Assembly (NCBI GenBank): GCA_965223325.1
Contig: CBDCWI010000002.1
Location: 2,656,001-2,720,000 of the forward strand
From: Candidatus Multivoradales bacterium
Lineage (GTDB): Bacteria > Acidobacteriota > Thermoanaerobaculia > Multivoradales > Multivoraceae
Reading direction: 5' to 3'
DNA length: 64,000 bases
Shown: one piece after another, positions 50,209-59,801 of the stretch
How the letters are laid out: the number at the start of each line of letters is the position of its first letter
Numbering within the stretch: the stretch's first letter is position 1
Translations under genes and position numbers: made by a program
Notes under the pieces: generated by a model
Seen by the model: only the letters and a program-made list of their open reading frames with translations
Database searches by the model: none
Told to the model about the DNA's origin: nothing

Positions 50209-51606
50209 ATGGCAGCTGATCGAGGAACGTTTGGAAAGCTGGGTTTCATCCTCGCTGCGGTCGGCTCGGCGATCGGCCTCGGGAACATCTGGAAGTTCCC
50301 CTACATCACCTATGCCAACGAGGGCGGTACCTTCGTGCTGGTCTACCTGGCGGCGATCGTCCTGATCGGCGGGCCCATCATGGTCGCCGAGATCGTCGTC
50401 GGTCGACGCACCCAGCTCAGTCCGATCGCGGCCTTTACGCGCCTTCGCGACGAGGAGGGAACGTCGGGCTTCTGGCGCGTGGCCGGCGCACTCGGCGTGG
50501 TCACCGCCTTCGTGCTGCTTTCGTACTACGCAATGATCGCCGGCTGGACCGTGTTCTATATCGGCAAGTGCCTGACCTGGTCGCTGAGCGGCTTCCCCAC
50601 CGACTCGACCGCCGTCGCCACCGAGTTCGGTGCCTTCCTCGGTGACGGCGGAATGCAACTGGTCTTCCAGGGCCTGTTCATGGTCATCACCACCCTGGTG
50701 GTCATTCTCGGCATCAAGGCGGGGATCGAACGCGTCACCCGCATCCTCATGCCCTGCCTCGGTGTGATGCTGGTGCTCCTGGCAGCCAACTCCTTCTTTC
50801 AACCTGGGTTCAGCGACGCGATCCGTTTTCTGTTCAGCGTCGGGCCAATCGACGCCGACGGCGTTCTCGAGGCCGTGGGTCACTCGTTCTTCACGCTGTC
50901 GCTCGGCATGGGCGCGATGATCACCTACGGCTCCTATATGGAACGCGGCGCGTCGATCCCCAGGTCAGCGATTGCAATCTGCATCCTCGACACCCTGGTT
51001 GCAATTCTCGCCTGCATCATCATGTTCTCGATCATCTTCTCGGTGCCTGCCGGCGAGCGTGACGCGACCTTCAGCCAGAGCGCAACGATCCTGTTCACGA
51101 CGTTGCCGCAGATGTTCTACGCCATGCCCTTCGGTAGGTTCCTGGCACCGTTCTTCTACACCCTGGTCGGCTTCGCGGCGTTGACATCAACGATCTCGCT
51201 ACTCGAGGTTGCCGTTTCCTACTTCATCGACTCGCGGGGCTGGGGGCGCAAGAAGGCCGCCCTCATTGTCGGCGCCAGCATCTTCGCTCTCGGTGTCCCA
51301 GCCGCGCTGTCGCTCGGCGCCTCTTCCTGGTTCTCGAACTTCGAGATTCCCGGAGTTCCCTCCGGCCCCGGATTCTTCAGCCTCTACGACTACACGGTCT
51401 CGAACTGGTTCCTGCCGGTGGGCGGGCTGTTGATCGCAATCTTCGTCGGTTGGATCTTGAGTTCGGGCGTCTCGCGCCGCGAGATCGACATCGGTCACGG
51501 CCGCTTCCGGCTCCATGCGGTATGGCTGTGGTTCCTGCGGGTCTTCGCCCCGGCGGCAATCATTTGGATCCTGATCGCCGTGATCAGTGGGCGCACCTTT
51601 AACTAG
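50209..51606 (+). CDS. Sodium-dependent transporter, NSS/SNF family
   Basis: GSAIGLGNIWKFPY, GIER, FFTLSLGMGAMITYGSY, AALTSTISLLE. Confidence 0.95.
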   Translation: MAADRGTFGKLGFILAAVGSAIGLGNIWKFPYITYANEGGTFVLVYLAAIVLIGGPIMVAEIVVGRRTQLSPIAAFTRLRDEEGTSGFWRVAGALGVVTAFVLLSYYAMIAGWTVFYIGKCLTWSLSGFPTDSTAVATEFGAFLGDGGMQLVFQGLFMVITTLVVILGIKAGIERVTRILMPCLGVMLVLLAANSFFQPGFSDAIRFLFSVGPIDADGVLEAVGHSFFTLSLGMGAMITYGSYMERGASIPRSAIAICILDTLVAILACIIMFSIIFSVPAGERDATFSQSATILFTTLPQMFYAMPFGRFLAPFFYTLVGFAALTSTISLLEVAVSYFIDSRGWGRKKAALIVGASIFALGVPAALSLGASSWFSNFEIPGVPSGPGFFSLYDYTVSNWFLPVGGLLIAIFVGWILSSGVSRREIDIGHGRFRLHAVWLWFLRVFAPAAIIWILIAVISGRTFN

Positions 51607-51714
51607 CGCGACGCGTGGTTTACGGCCCTCGGTTGGTGAGCCGCGATTCGGCTCGCTGTGCTGGTGAGTGCCGGTTTCTCAGGGTCGTTGGGTCGTTACC
51701 ACGCGCCGCGCTAG
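51603..51714. mobile_element. Second CTAG-bounded inverted-repeat (MITE-like) element, at the NSS stop codon
   Basis: ctagcgcgacgcgtggt ... accacgcgccgcgctag (16/17 complementary). It forms the start of repeat unit 1. Confidence 0.55.
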
Positions 51715-52380
51715 CGTCACTCTCGCCGCGCAAGCGGTCCGTTGGGCGGGCCGGGTGCGCCAGCGCTCGCCCTGCACTTGCGGCTCAGCACTGCGATCAT
51801 CCCTCGCGCGCGGCGGATTCCTGCCTCCGATGAAACGAACGACTCCGGATCCAGGACTGCGGGTGAGCGGCGCGCGCCGCTCGAGCCTTGGCTGATGGAA
51901 CGAATTCTCAAACCTGATCACCCGCCTCCAGGTGCAGGCGTGGTTTACGGCCCTCGGTTGGTGAGCCGCGATTCGGCTCGCTGTGCTGGTGAGTGCCGGT
52001 TTCTCAGGGTCGTTGGGTCGTTACCACGCGCCGCGCTAGCGTCACTTTTGCCGCGCAAGCGGTCCGTTGGGCGGGCCGGGTGCGCCAGCGCTCGCCCTGC
52101 ACTTGCGGCTCAGCACTGCGATCATCCCTCGCGCGCGGCGGATTCCTGCCTCCGATGAAACGAACGACTCCGGATCCAGGACTGCGGGTGAGCGGCGCGC
52201 GCCGCTCGAGCCTTGGCTGATGGAACGAATTCTCAAACCCGATCACCCGCCTCCAGGTGCAGGCGTGGTTTACGGCCCTCGGTTGGTGAGCCGCGATTCG
52301 GCTCGCTGTGCTGGTGAGTGCCGGTTTCTCAGGGTCGTTGGGTCGTTACCACGCGCCGCGCTAGCGTCACTTTTGCCGCG

Positions 52381-54290
52381 ATCGCGGTAGGAGCGCCGGT
52401 TGCCCGGCGCCCCCCGCACAGATCCCAGCGTGCACTGCTAATGCACTGGGCTCCTGCCTCAGGTATTGACGACAAGTCGCTCATCAGGCCAGGGATGTTG
52501 GACTCGGGCTTTGGGTAGGTAGTGGGCCACCAGGGCCCACATCCGTTTCCAGGACGTGCGGTCTTTGTCACTGCGTCGGCGCAGAGCGCGCATCCAGTGC
52601 CGAATGACCTCCTGTCGAAAGGCGTTCAACGCCGCTGAGTTGCCGGGTACGCCGTAGTAGGCATTGAAGCCTCGCACCACGGATCCCAGCCAGAGACCTT
52701 GCTCTGGTAGCGGCGAGTGTCGGTGTCCCAGAAGGGCCGTACCGACAGCCTTCAGTGTCCTGCGGATTCGGTGGCGGCTCGTGATGCGCTTCAGCAAGAA
52801 CCTCCCTCGACTAGACTGCGCACAGCAGTGCGTAAAGCCTAGAAACTCGAAGGTCTCCGGCCGCCCGAGACCTCGCGCGCGTCGGTTGTAGGCCGCAAAG
52901 CGGCCAAACTCCAGCAGGCGCGTCTTCTCGGGTTGGATCTCCAACGAGAAGTCACGGAGTCGCAGGTTCAGTTCCTCGAGGAATCGTTCTGCCTCCTCCT
53001 GCCTCTCAAATCCAACGATGAAGTCATCCGCGTAGCGCACGAAGATCATGTCCCCAAGCGCGTTGCGTTTCCTCCACTGCTGGACCCAGAGATCGAGCAC
53101 GTAGTGCAGGTACACGTTCCCGAGGAGAGGCGAAATCGTCGCCCCCTGAGGAGTCCCCCGCGTGCTCGCGTGCCACTTACCGTCTTCCATCACTCCGGAC
53201 CTCAGCCATTTCTGGATGAGGCGAAGGATCCTACGGTCTCCGATACGGTGCTCGAGAAACTTCACCAGCCACTCGTGGTCCAGGGCATCGAAGAACCCAC
53301 GAATGTCTGCGTCGAGCACCCAGTTCACCTTCCGCTTTGTGATTCCAACGAATAGCGCATCCAAAGCATCGTGCTGGCTGCGGCCTCGCCTGAATCCGTA
53401 TGAGTACCCGAGAAAGTCTTCCTCGTAGATCGCATCCAACACCGAGACGACGGCGCGCTGAAGGATCTTGTCCTCCAACGTGGCGATGCCAAGCGGTCGG
53501 AACCGCCCATCCGATTTCTCGATGTAGACGCGACGAGTCGCACTCGCCCGGTAGCTCCCACGGTGGACACGAGAGTGCAGGTCCTCGAGATTGCTCAGCA
53601 AAGATTCTGCGTACTCGCTCCATGACACTCCGTCCACTCCTGCCGCTGCGTCTCGGTGCAACACGTCAAATGCGCTCCGGAGTCGCTCGACCGTGATGTG
53701 GTGAAGAAGCGCTGTGAACTTCACTTCCTTGCCCCTGCGGGCGGCTTCTCGTACACGGCCCAGCGCATTGCTCGCACTCTCCATCCGGCTCTGTGTCCGG
53801 GGTGCGTTTTGCTTGCCCGTGTTCCCCTTGGCCAGGCCCCTTCCCTCCACCGCCTCCGCCGCTGGTCTCCCACCGTTGTTCGACGACTTCGCAGGTACTA
53901 CGGGCCTGTCTGACTTCCGCCATCCGTGCGTCATCGGCTTACGGCCTCTAGCCTTCCCGATGCGGACCAGATACCCAACTGGCCAGATCGCGGATCTCCC
54001 GGTTCTCGCGCATGGAGATTCCACACATGCACAGGGTCTACGACCGCGGGGAGTCGCCGCAGAGCTCGCGATAGCGCGCTACGGAGTCTCGCCTTCCGCT
54101 TCGCTTGACAGCGTCGGCACTCCCAAATTCTTATTTCGCGGCTCAATACCCGGCCTGTGTGTGCCCCTGTCAACGCTTCACCGCACCCTCGCGGGAGCCG
54201 GCGCATGACTCGGGGACCCTCTGGGTCGCTACCCCTTCGAGGGTGGGACTCTCTCATTCCTTTCTCCATGCCGGTTTATCCCGGCGTATC
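52381..54290 (-). mobile_element. Complete group II intron (1910 nt; IIB-like, probably bacterial class E)
   Basis: Boundaries are fixed by the empty repeat units and there is no target duplication. DV at 52421-52453 has an AGC triad; DVI has a bulged A at 52388; the 3' end is AU. EBS1 CAAGCG (54102-54107) pairs with exon IBS1 CGCTTG (54291-54296). Confidence 0.92.
52459..53934 (-). CDS. ltrA: Group II intron reverse transcriptase/maturase without an endonuclease domain
   Basis: AAGVDG, RPLGI, SYGFR, LDADIRGFFD, GTPQGATISPLLGNVYLH, RYADD, FEFLGF; ends HPWP with no HNH motif. Confidence 0.93.
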   Translation of the reverse strand: MTHGWRKSDRPVVPAKSSNNGGRPAAEAVEGRGLAKGNTGKQNAPRTQSRMESASNALGRVREAARRGKEVKFTALLHHITVERLRSAFDVLHRDAAAGVDGVSWSEYAESLLSNLEDLHSRVHRGSYRASATRRVYIEKSDGRFRPLGIATLEDKILQRAVVSVLDAIYEEDFLGYSYGFRRGRSQHDALDALFVGITKRKVNWVLDADIRGFFDALDHEWLVKFLEHRIGDRRILRLIQKWLRSGVMEDGKWHASTRGTPQGATISPLLGNVYLHYVLDLWVQQWRKRNALGDMIFVRYADDFIVGFERQEEAERFLEELNLRLRDFSLEIQPEKTRLLEFGRFAAYNRRARGLGRPETFEFLGFTHCCAQSSRGRFLLKRITSRHRIRRTLKAVGTALLGHRHSPLPEQGLWLGSVVRGFNAYYGVPGNSAALNAFRQEVIRHWMRALRRRSDKDRTSWKRMWALVAHYLPKARVQHPWPDERLVVNT

Positions 54291-54494
54291 CAAGCGGTCC
54301 GTTGGGCGGGCCGGGTGCACCAGCGCTCGCCCTGCACTTGCGGCTCAGCACTGCGATCATCCCTCGCGCGCGGCGGATTCCTGCCTCCGATGAAACGAAC
54401 GACTCCGGATCCAGGACTGCGGGTGGGCGGCGCGCACCGCTCGAGCCTTGGCTTCGATAGAACGGTTCTACCCCCCTTTTCGGCAAGCCGGAGT

Positions 54495-55652
54495 TCAGAG
54501 TCCGGGTTGGGGCTCGTCGGTCTCTGTCTCGGTGGCCTCGCCTTCGGCGAGCCGGCCTAGAGTTGTGAGTTCGCCGGGGTTCTCGAGCCATAGGGCGGCG
54601 CGGAAACTGGCCCAGGCGAGGAGTGCACCGGCGTAGCCGTCGATGGCGTAGTGCCACCCGGTGGCGACTGAGCCAAAGAAGGTCAGGGCGACGCCTACGA
54701 CTGCGAGGGCCCAGAGGGGGCGCATGGTGCGACGGATCCAGAGCATCAGGAGGACGTGTGCTCCGACGTGCAGGCTTGGCATCGCAGCTACCCCGAGCAG
54801 GGGGTTGAACTGTCTGAGGTTGCCTTGGTCGCGACCGCGCACGATGCGCTGGTAGTTGCTCCACAACCCCTGCTGCATGTTGGTCGCCCTCGGTAGGTCT
54901 GCGCGAGAGGCCTCGACCGAGTCCGGATATGCGTAACAGGGGCCGACGGCTGGCAGCGCCATGTACATCCAGGCGCCCAACATCCAAAGCAGCGCGCAGG
55001 AAAGAATGAAGCTGCGTCGCAGACGCTCCCGCCGCGCACAGGTCAGGAAGGCGACTAGCCACACCACCGTGGTCAACCAGAGGCCGTACCAGCTATCGAG
55101 GAACCCGGCGAGACTCGTTCCGCCGAGGAGGTTGGCGAAGAACACGTTCGGCTGCACGCCGAGATGAAGGACTCGATCGATCGACCAGAAGCTGGCGTCG
55201 TAGAGATCGCTTCGCACCAGCGGCACCGACACCTTCACCCATGTGTAGGTGTAGAAGAGAAGCGCATAGCAAACGTAGAGCCTGAGCCAGGCGAGGTACC
55301 AACGCGGCGTTCGCAACACCTCCAGGTAACGTTCGACCGGTAACGGACTCCTCTGCCAGACCGACGCAGCGACCATCCAGGCGAAATGTGCGAGAACACC
55401 CAGCAAGATGAGACGCGGTGCCGCGTTCACGAACGGCCCGAGTGTGTAGCGGAAGGTGACCCAGTCGACGTTCAGCCCTTGACTGCGAAGGAACAGCACC
55501 GAACCCAGGAAGATGGTCCACACCACGATCTCGAGCGGCCACGGCCGCAGCCAGCGCCGAAGGCTCAGCGCCTCAGGATCCGTCGGCTCCGTCGAGTCAT
55601 GCGACGAGCGGACCCCTACGTCGGGTGCAGCACCGTTTTCGTCAGGCGTCAT
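54495..55652 (-). CDS. PAP2/AUR1-like membrane phosphatase or phosphotransferase
   Basis: PAVGP, AAMPSLH, GWHYAIDG; multiple TM helices. Confidence 0.85.
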   Translation of the reverse strand: MTPDENGAAPDVGVRSSHDSTEPTDPEALSLRRWLRPWPLEIVVWTIFLGSVLFLRSQGLNVDWVTFRYTLGPFVNAAPRLILLGVLAHFAWMVAASVWQRSPLPVERYLEVLRTPRWYLAWLRLYVCYALLFYTYTWVKVSVPLVRSDLYDASFWSIDRVLHLGVQPNVFFANLLGGTSLAGFLDSWYGLWLTTVVWLVAFLTCARRERLRRSFILSCALLWMLGAWMYMALPAVGPCYAYPDSVEASRADLPRATNMQQGLWSNYQRIVRGRDQGNLRQFNPLLGVAAMPSLHVGAHVLLMLWIRRTMRPLWALAVVGVALTFFGSVATGWHYAIDGYAGALLAWASFRAALWLENPGELTTLGRLAEGEATETETDEPQPGL

Positions 55653-55802
55653 GGGTCGACTCAGAAGGAAGGGGGGAGAACGGAGGGGCGTACGGAGGGG
55701 AGCGCCGAACAGCGCCGGGCGAGTATGGCGCAAGGCGCGCGCGCACGTCGAGCGCATACGTTCCACAGTCGAGCCACCTGGCTGCCACAATCATCGCCCA
55801 CC

Positions 55803-57134
55803 ATGGCGAGCATGAGCACAAGACCGAAGTACTGCGCCGGGGCGCTCGTCGCCTGCCTTGCGGCTCTCGCGCTCCTCTCCTGCCGAGCTACCGAAGAAGC
55901 GACCGAGCGCTCGCTAGCGCGCGCCCCGGTCGCCGCGACCACACCCGCAGATCCTTCGACTTCTCATACGGGATTTCTCCATGGCCGCATCACCACCCGT
56001 GACGGCTCGTCCATCACCGGCCGCCTGCGCTGGGGCGGCGACGAGGAAGCCTTCTACGACAACTACTTCAACGGCTGGAAGGCCGAGAACCCTTGGGCGC
56101 ATTTCGTTCCGCCGGAACGACTCACCGAACGAACCGTCGTCGAGATCTTTGGCATTCAGGTCAGAGAGCGAGAACGCCCCCTGAAGCTCGAACGACCGTT
56201 CATGGTGCGCTTCGGCGACCTTTCTCACATTGAAGTCGAAGGCAACGACATTCGGGTGACCGCAAAGAACGGCACGACCTTCACTCTCGACCGCCTCAAT
56301 GCAGATGACATTGCAGACGGCGTACGCGTCTGGGACAGTGGGGGCCGCTCGACCGACCTCTCGGAACCTCAGATCCGCAGGGTCGAGATTCTGCCCGCCG
56401 TAACGACCGGTCCGGTGCCCACTCGCTTGCATGGCACGGTGGACACCAGCGAAGGCGACTTCACTGGCTTCATCCATTGGAACCGGAGAGCCTCCGTCGA
56501 CACAGACGAGCTCACCGGGCAAGGCGACGACGGCGATCTCACTCTTGCCTTCAAGGCCATCCGTTCGATCAGCCGCCTCTCCAGTGCCAGCGCGCGCGTG
56601 ACGCTACGTAACGGAAGCGAGGTCACACTTTCGGGTACCGAGGATGTTGGTCAGGGCAATCGCGGCATCGAAGTAGAAGATTCTCGCTTCGGCACCGTGC
56701 GGATCTCCTGGCAGGCCTTCTCTCGCCTCACCCTGAACGCCGCCGGCAGTGGACGCGCCTATGCCGATTTCCCGCCCGGCCAGGCACTCCAGGGCAACGT
56801 TGAGCTGGCTGACGGCGGTAGTCTGAGCGGGCGCCTGGTCTACGACCTTGATGAGAGCACGACCTTCGAGACTCTCGACGCGCCCTGGCGCGGCCTGCAC
56901 TTCAGCATTCCGTTCGGGTTGATCGCCACGATCACCCGCGATCCTGGGACCCCCGGGCACACCCGGATCAGCCTTCATGGCGGAGAAGAGCTTGAACTCG
57001 AAAACCACGGCGATCTTGCAGAAGACATCGCTGGGATCCTGGTCTTCACCACAGAAGACGCAGAGCCCGAGTACCTCGCCTGGAGCGACGTCACGAGAGT
57101 CGACTTCTCCTCGCCGGTTCAGGAAAACCGGTAG
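55803..57134 (+). CDS. Hypothetical lipoprotein with three internal repeats
   Basis: Lipobox LLSC; three LxGxVxxxxG...G repeats; start at 55803 or 55812. Confidence 0.7.
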   Translation: MASMSTRPKYCAGALVACLAALALLSCRATEEATERSLARAPVAATTPADPSTSHTGFLHGRITTRDGSSITGRLRWGGDEEAFYDNYFNGWKAENPWAHFVPPERLTERTVVEIFGIQVRERERPLKLERPFMVRFGDLSHIEVEGNDIRVTAKNGTTFTLDRLNADDIADGVRVWDSGGRSTDLSEPQIRRVEILPAVTTGPVPTRLHGTVDTSEGDFTGFIHWNRRASVDTDELTGQGDDGDLTLAFKAIRSISRLSSASARVTLRNGSEVTLSGTEDVGQGNRGIEVEDSRFGTVRISWQAFSRLTLNAAGSGRAYADFPPGQALQGNVELADGGSLSGRLVYDLDESTTFETLDAPWRGLHFSIPFGLIATITRDPGTPGHTRISLHGGEELELENHGDLAEDIAGILVFTTEDAEPEYLAWSDVTRVDFSSPVQENR

Positions 57135-57183
57135 CCTCATCTCTGCCGAGAACTCCCCGCCCACAACCTCTGGGAGCAAGGCC

Positions 57184-57642
57184 ATGCGAACAACAAGCCT
57201 CCTGCTTGTCGCACTCCTCTCCTCGTCGGCCGTCGCCTGCTCAGACAACGCAACCAAACTGTCCTTTGCGATCGAACGTGCCGCTCAGGCTCACAGCGAC
57301 GGTGCGAACGACAACCAGCAGTCGATCGTCTACACACCGCGCAACGCTCCAAACGAACCGTACTTTCTGGTCTTCTTTCCAGATCGCGCCACTTCAGAGG
57401 TTCAACTGGAAGCTGCCGGACTGCCCCGCCCGCTGGTAGCGCGCATCTTCACTGAGATGGCCTACCTTCCCATCGGCCGATCACCCTTCCTGATCTTCGT
57501 GCGCGAAGGAGGGGACCTGTACTTCACGACCCATTGGACGCGGTTCGCTTCCGTCCCAGAGCCGCTGGTCGTCAACGCCAGCGGTCCGGTCGAGCTCACC
57601 ATCACGCACTCGGCCGATGGTGCCACCATCGGCTTGCCGTGA
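57184..57642 (+). CDS. Hypothetical lipoprotein
   Basis: SD gggag; MRTTSLLLVALLSSSAVA-C lipobox. Confidence 0.65.
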   Translation: MRTTSLLLVALLSSSAVACSDNATKLSFAIERAAQAHSDGANDNQQSIVYTPRNAPNEPYFLVFFPDRATSEVQLEAAGLPRPLVARIFTEMAYLPIGRSPFLIFVREGGDLYFTTHWTRFASVPEPLVVNASGPVELTITHSADGATIGLP

Positions 57643-57819
57643 GCCGCTACCATCACCATCGACGATACCGGAGACCGGCTACGGGTCGCCTCCGAGCAGT
57701 GCAGGCGGAGGCATCGCGGCAGAGCTCGAGCCACTGCGCCTGGTGAACCTCCCTACCGAAGCTGGTTGACCGGAGGGCCTTGATCTCATGGCCGCGGCGT
57801 GGCCGGCGACGGAGACGAC

Positions 57820-58788
57820 ATGAAAGCAATCGAAATCGAAGCGGGCGAGCTCGTCTGGCGAAGTGTTGACCCGCCGGCAATGGACAACGGTGACGTCCGA
57901 ATTCGCGTCCATGCTACCGCCGTCAACCGTGCCGACCTTTCCCAACGCGCCGGTGCCTACCCTCCGCCACCTGGAGCCAGCCCGATTCTCGGCCTGGAGT
58001 GCGCCGGTGAGATCATCGAAGTAGGCGCCGAGGTTCAGGGTTGGAAGGTCGGGCAGACGTGTTGCGCGCTGCTCGCCGGTGGGGGCTACGCCGAAGAGGT
58101 CGTTGTACCAGCTGGACAGGTCCTCTCGATTCCCGCCGGCTCGAGCATGGAGGAAGCGGCGGCACTGCCGGAGGTCTTCTCCACCGCCTGGCTCAACCTC
58201 TACCGCGAAGCCGCCTTGCAACCCGGCGAGCGCGTAGTGCTCCATGCCGGCGCTAGCGGTGTCGGCACCGCGGCGCTACAACTCTGCCGCATGACCGGGA
58301 ACCCGACCTTCGTCACCGTCGGCTCAGAAGCCAAGATCGAGGCCTGCCGCAACTATGGTGCCGACGCCGGATGGAACCGCCACGAGGGCTCGTTCGCTGA
58401 AGCTGTCCGTGAGTGGAGCGGCGAAAAGGGGGTCGACGTCATTCTCGACCCGGTTGGCGCGGGCTACCTCGCCGACAACTTGCAGGTCCTCGGCAGCGAC
58501 GGGCGGCTGGTGGTCATCGGGCTCCTGGGAGGCACCAGCGCCGAGGTCAACCTCGGGCTGATGATGGTGAAGCGTGTACGGGTGATCGGATCGACCCTGC
58601 GCGCCCGTCCCGTTGCCGCCAAGGCTGCGATCATTCGCGACCTCCGAGAGCGCGTTTGGCCAGCGATCGAAGCCGGCGAGATCAAGCCGGTGATCGAAGA
58701 GGTGCTGCCGATCGTGGAGGCCAACCGCGCCCACGAGGTCATCGCCGGCAATCAGACGGTCGGCAAGGTCATTCTGAAAGTGACCTAG
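57820..58788 (+). CDS. NAD(P)H-quinone oxidoreductase (PIG3/zeta-crystallin-like)
   Basis: VNRAD...YPPPPGAS.ILGLEC, HAGASGVG, GSTLRAR. Confidence 0.93.
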   Translation: MKAIEIEAGELVWRSVDPPAMDNGDVRIRVHATAVNRADLSQRAGAYPPPPGASPILGLECAGEIIEVGAEVQGWKVGQTCCALLAGGGYAEEVVVPAGQVLSIPAGSSMEEAAALPEVFSTAWLNLYREAALQPGERVVLHAGASGVGTAALQLCRMTGNPTFVTVGSEAKIEACRNYGADAGWNRHEGSFAEAVREWSGEKGVDVILDPVGAGYLADNLQVLGSDGRLVVIGLLGGTSAEVNLGLMMVKRVRVIGSTLRARPVAAKAAIIRDLRERVWPAIEAGEIKPVIEEVLPIVEANRAHEVIAGNQTVGKVILKVT

Positions 58789-58882
58789 AGAGCCGCTGTG
58801 ATCAAAAAGTGAGATCCGCGTGACCGACGTGAGATCTGGCTACCGAAGACTGTTGACCCCGACCACCTCCCAAGGAGTCTTC

Positions 58883-59587
58883 ATGACCAAGCGCACCCCT
58901 TTCGTTCTCTTCACCCTGTTCCTTGGCCTGATGGCGATGATCGCTGCCCCGGCCACCGCCCAGGAAGATGCCACCACCAACCACCACTCCTGGAAGAAGG
59001 CCAAGTTCCGCGTCACGATCACCAACCTCACGCGCGCCCAGGTGTTCTCACCGCCGGTGGTCGTCTCCCATAACTCCTCCGTGGCGCTCTTCGCGGCAGG
59101 CGACGCAGCGTCCGATGCCCTGGTGGCCATGGCCGAAGACGGTCAAACCGCTCCGCTCGTAGCCCTCGCGGAAGGCACGGCCGGAGTCAGCGGTGTCGCA
59201 GCCGCCAGCGGTCCCGTCCTCCCCGGAGCCTCGCTGAGCGTCGAAGTCTCCGGCCGGGTGAACCACCGCATCACTGCAGTCGGCATGCTGGTGAACACCA
59301 ACGACACCTTCTTCGGTCTCAGCGGAGCGGCAGCCCCCTGGAGTCGCCGCGCCGCCTACCGCTACGACGTGCCGGCCTACGACGCTGGCAGCGAAGCCAA
59401 CAACGAAGAGTGCGGGTTCATCCCCGGCCCAGCGTGCGGTGGCGCCGGGGCCGGCGTGCGTGCGCCCGAGGGCGCAGAGGGCTACGTCTACATCTCGAAC
59501 GGCGTGCACGGCATTGCCGACCTCGATGAAGCCGCCTACGACTGGCGCAACCCGGTCGCCAGAATCGTCGTCGAGCGCATTCGCTAG
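58883..59587 (+). CDS. Secreted spondin-N domain protein
   Basis: VTITNLT..QVFSP, MAEDG, MLVNTNDTF, YDAGSEAN; SD aaggag. Confidence 0.85.
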   Translation: MTKRTPFVLFTLFLGLMAMIAAPATAQEDATTNHHSWKKAKFRVTITNLTRAQVFSPPVVVSHNSSVALFAAGDAASDALVAMAEDGQTAPLVALAEGTAGVSGVAAASGPVLPGASLSVEVSGRVNHRITAVGMLVNTNDTFFGLSGAAAPWSRRAAYRYDVPAYDAGSEANNEECGFIPGPACGGAGAGVRAPEGAEGYVYISNGVHGIADLDEAAYDWRNPVARIVVERIR

Positions 59588-59617
59588 ATCGACAGACACG
59601 AAGTCGTCGGCCCAGGA

Positions 59618-59658
59618 GCCCCGGTATCGCCCCGCCGATGCCGGGGCCTTTCCCTTTC
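59618..59658 (+). terminator. Putative intrinsic terminator
   Basis: gccccggtatcg-ccccgc-cgatgccggggc 12-bp stem followed by ctttccctttc. Confidence 0.55.
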
Positions 59659-59801
59659 GAGTCATTCCACGTCTACGCTCGACGGCGTCGGGCTTTCGAA
59701 TCCGAAGCAACGCCCACAGGCGATCGGCACGGTCGACTACACTGCCCTTGATCGGCCCTTCCTGGGGTTTGGACAGAACGACAACGGAAGGCAGGAACGG
59801 C

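Larger units (their letters stand above)
51613..54453. repeat. Near-identical 325-bp tandem repeat, about 3 units; unit 3 is interrupted by a group II intron
   Basis: Units start at 51613, 51938 and 52263. Unit 3 breaks at 52380, resumes at 54291 and matches to 54453. The units differ by only a few substitutions. Confidence 0.95.

Noticed and set aside
51613-52380. CRISPR array, or repeated small ORFs (51668, 51742, 51993, 52067 etc.)
   Set aside because: The units are 325 bp with no unique spacers and no cas genes. The ORFs change frame between units and look like translated non-coding DNA.
52459-53934. RT as a retron, DGR, CRISPR-RT or defence RT
   Set aside because: It lies inside a full intron with DV, DVI, EBS1-IBS1 pairing and precise insertion. 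I saw no adenine-specific TR/VR pair or accessory gene.
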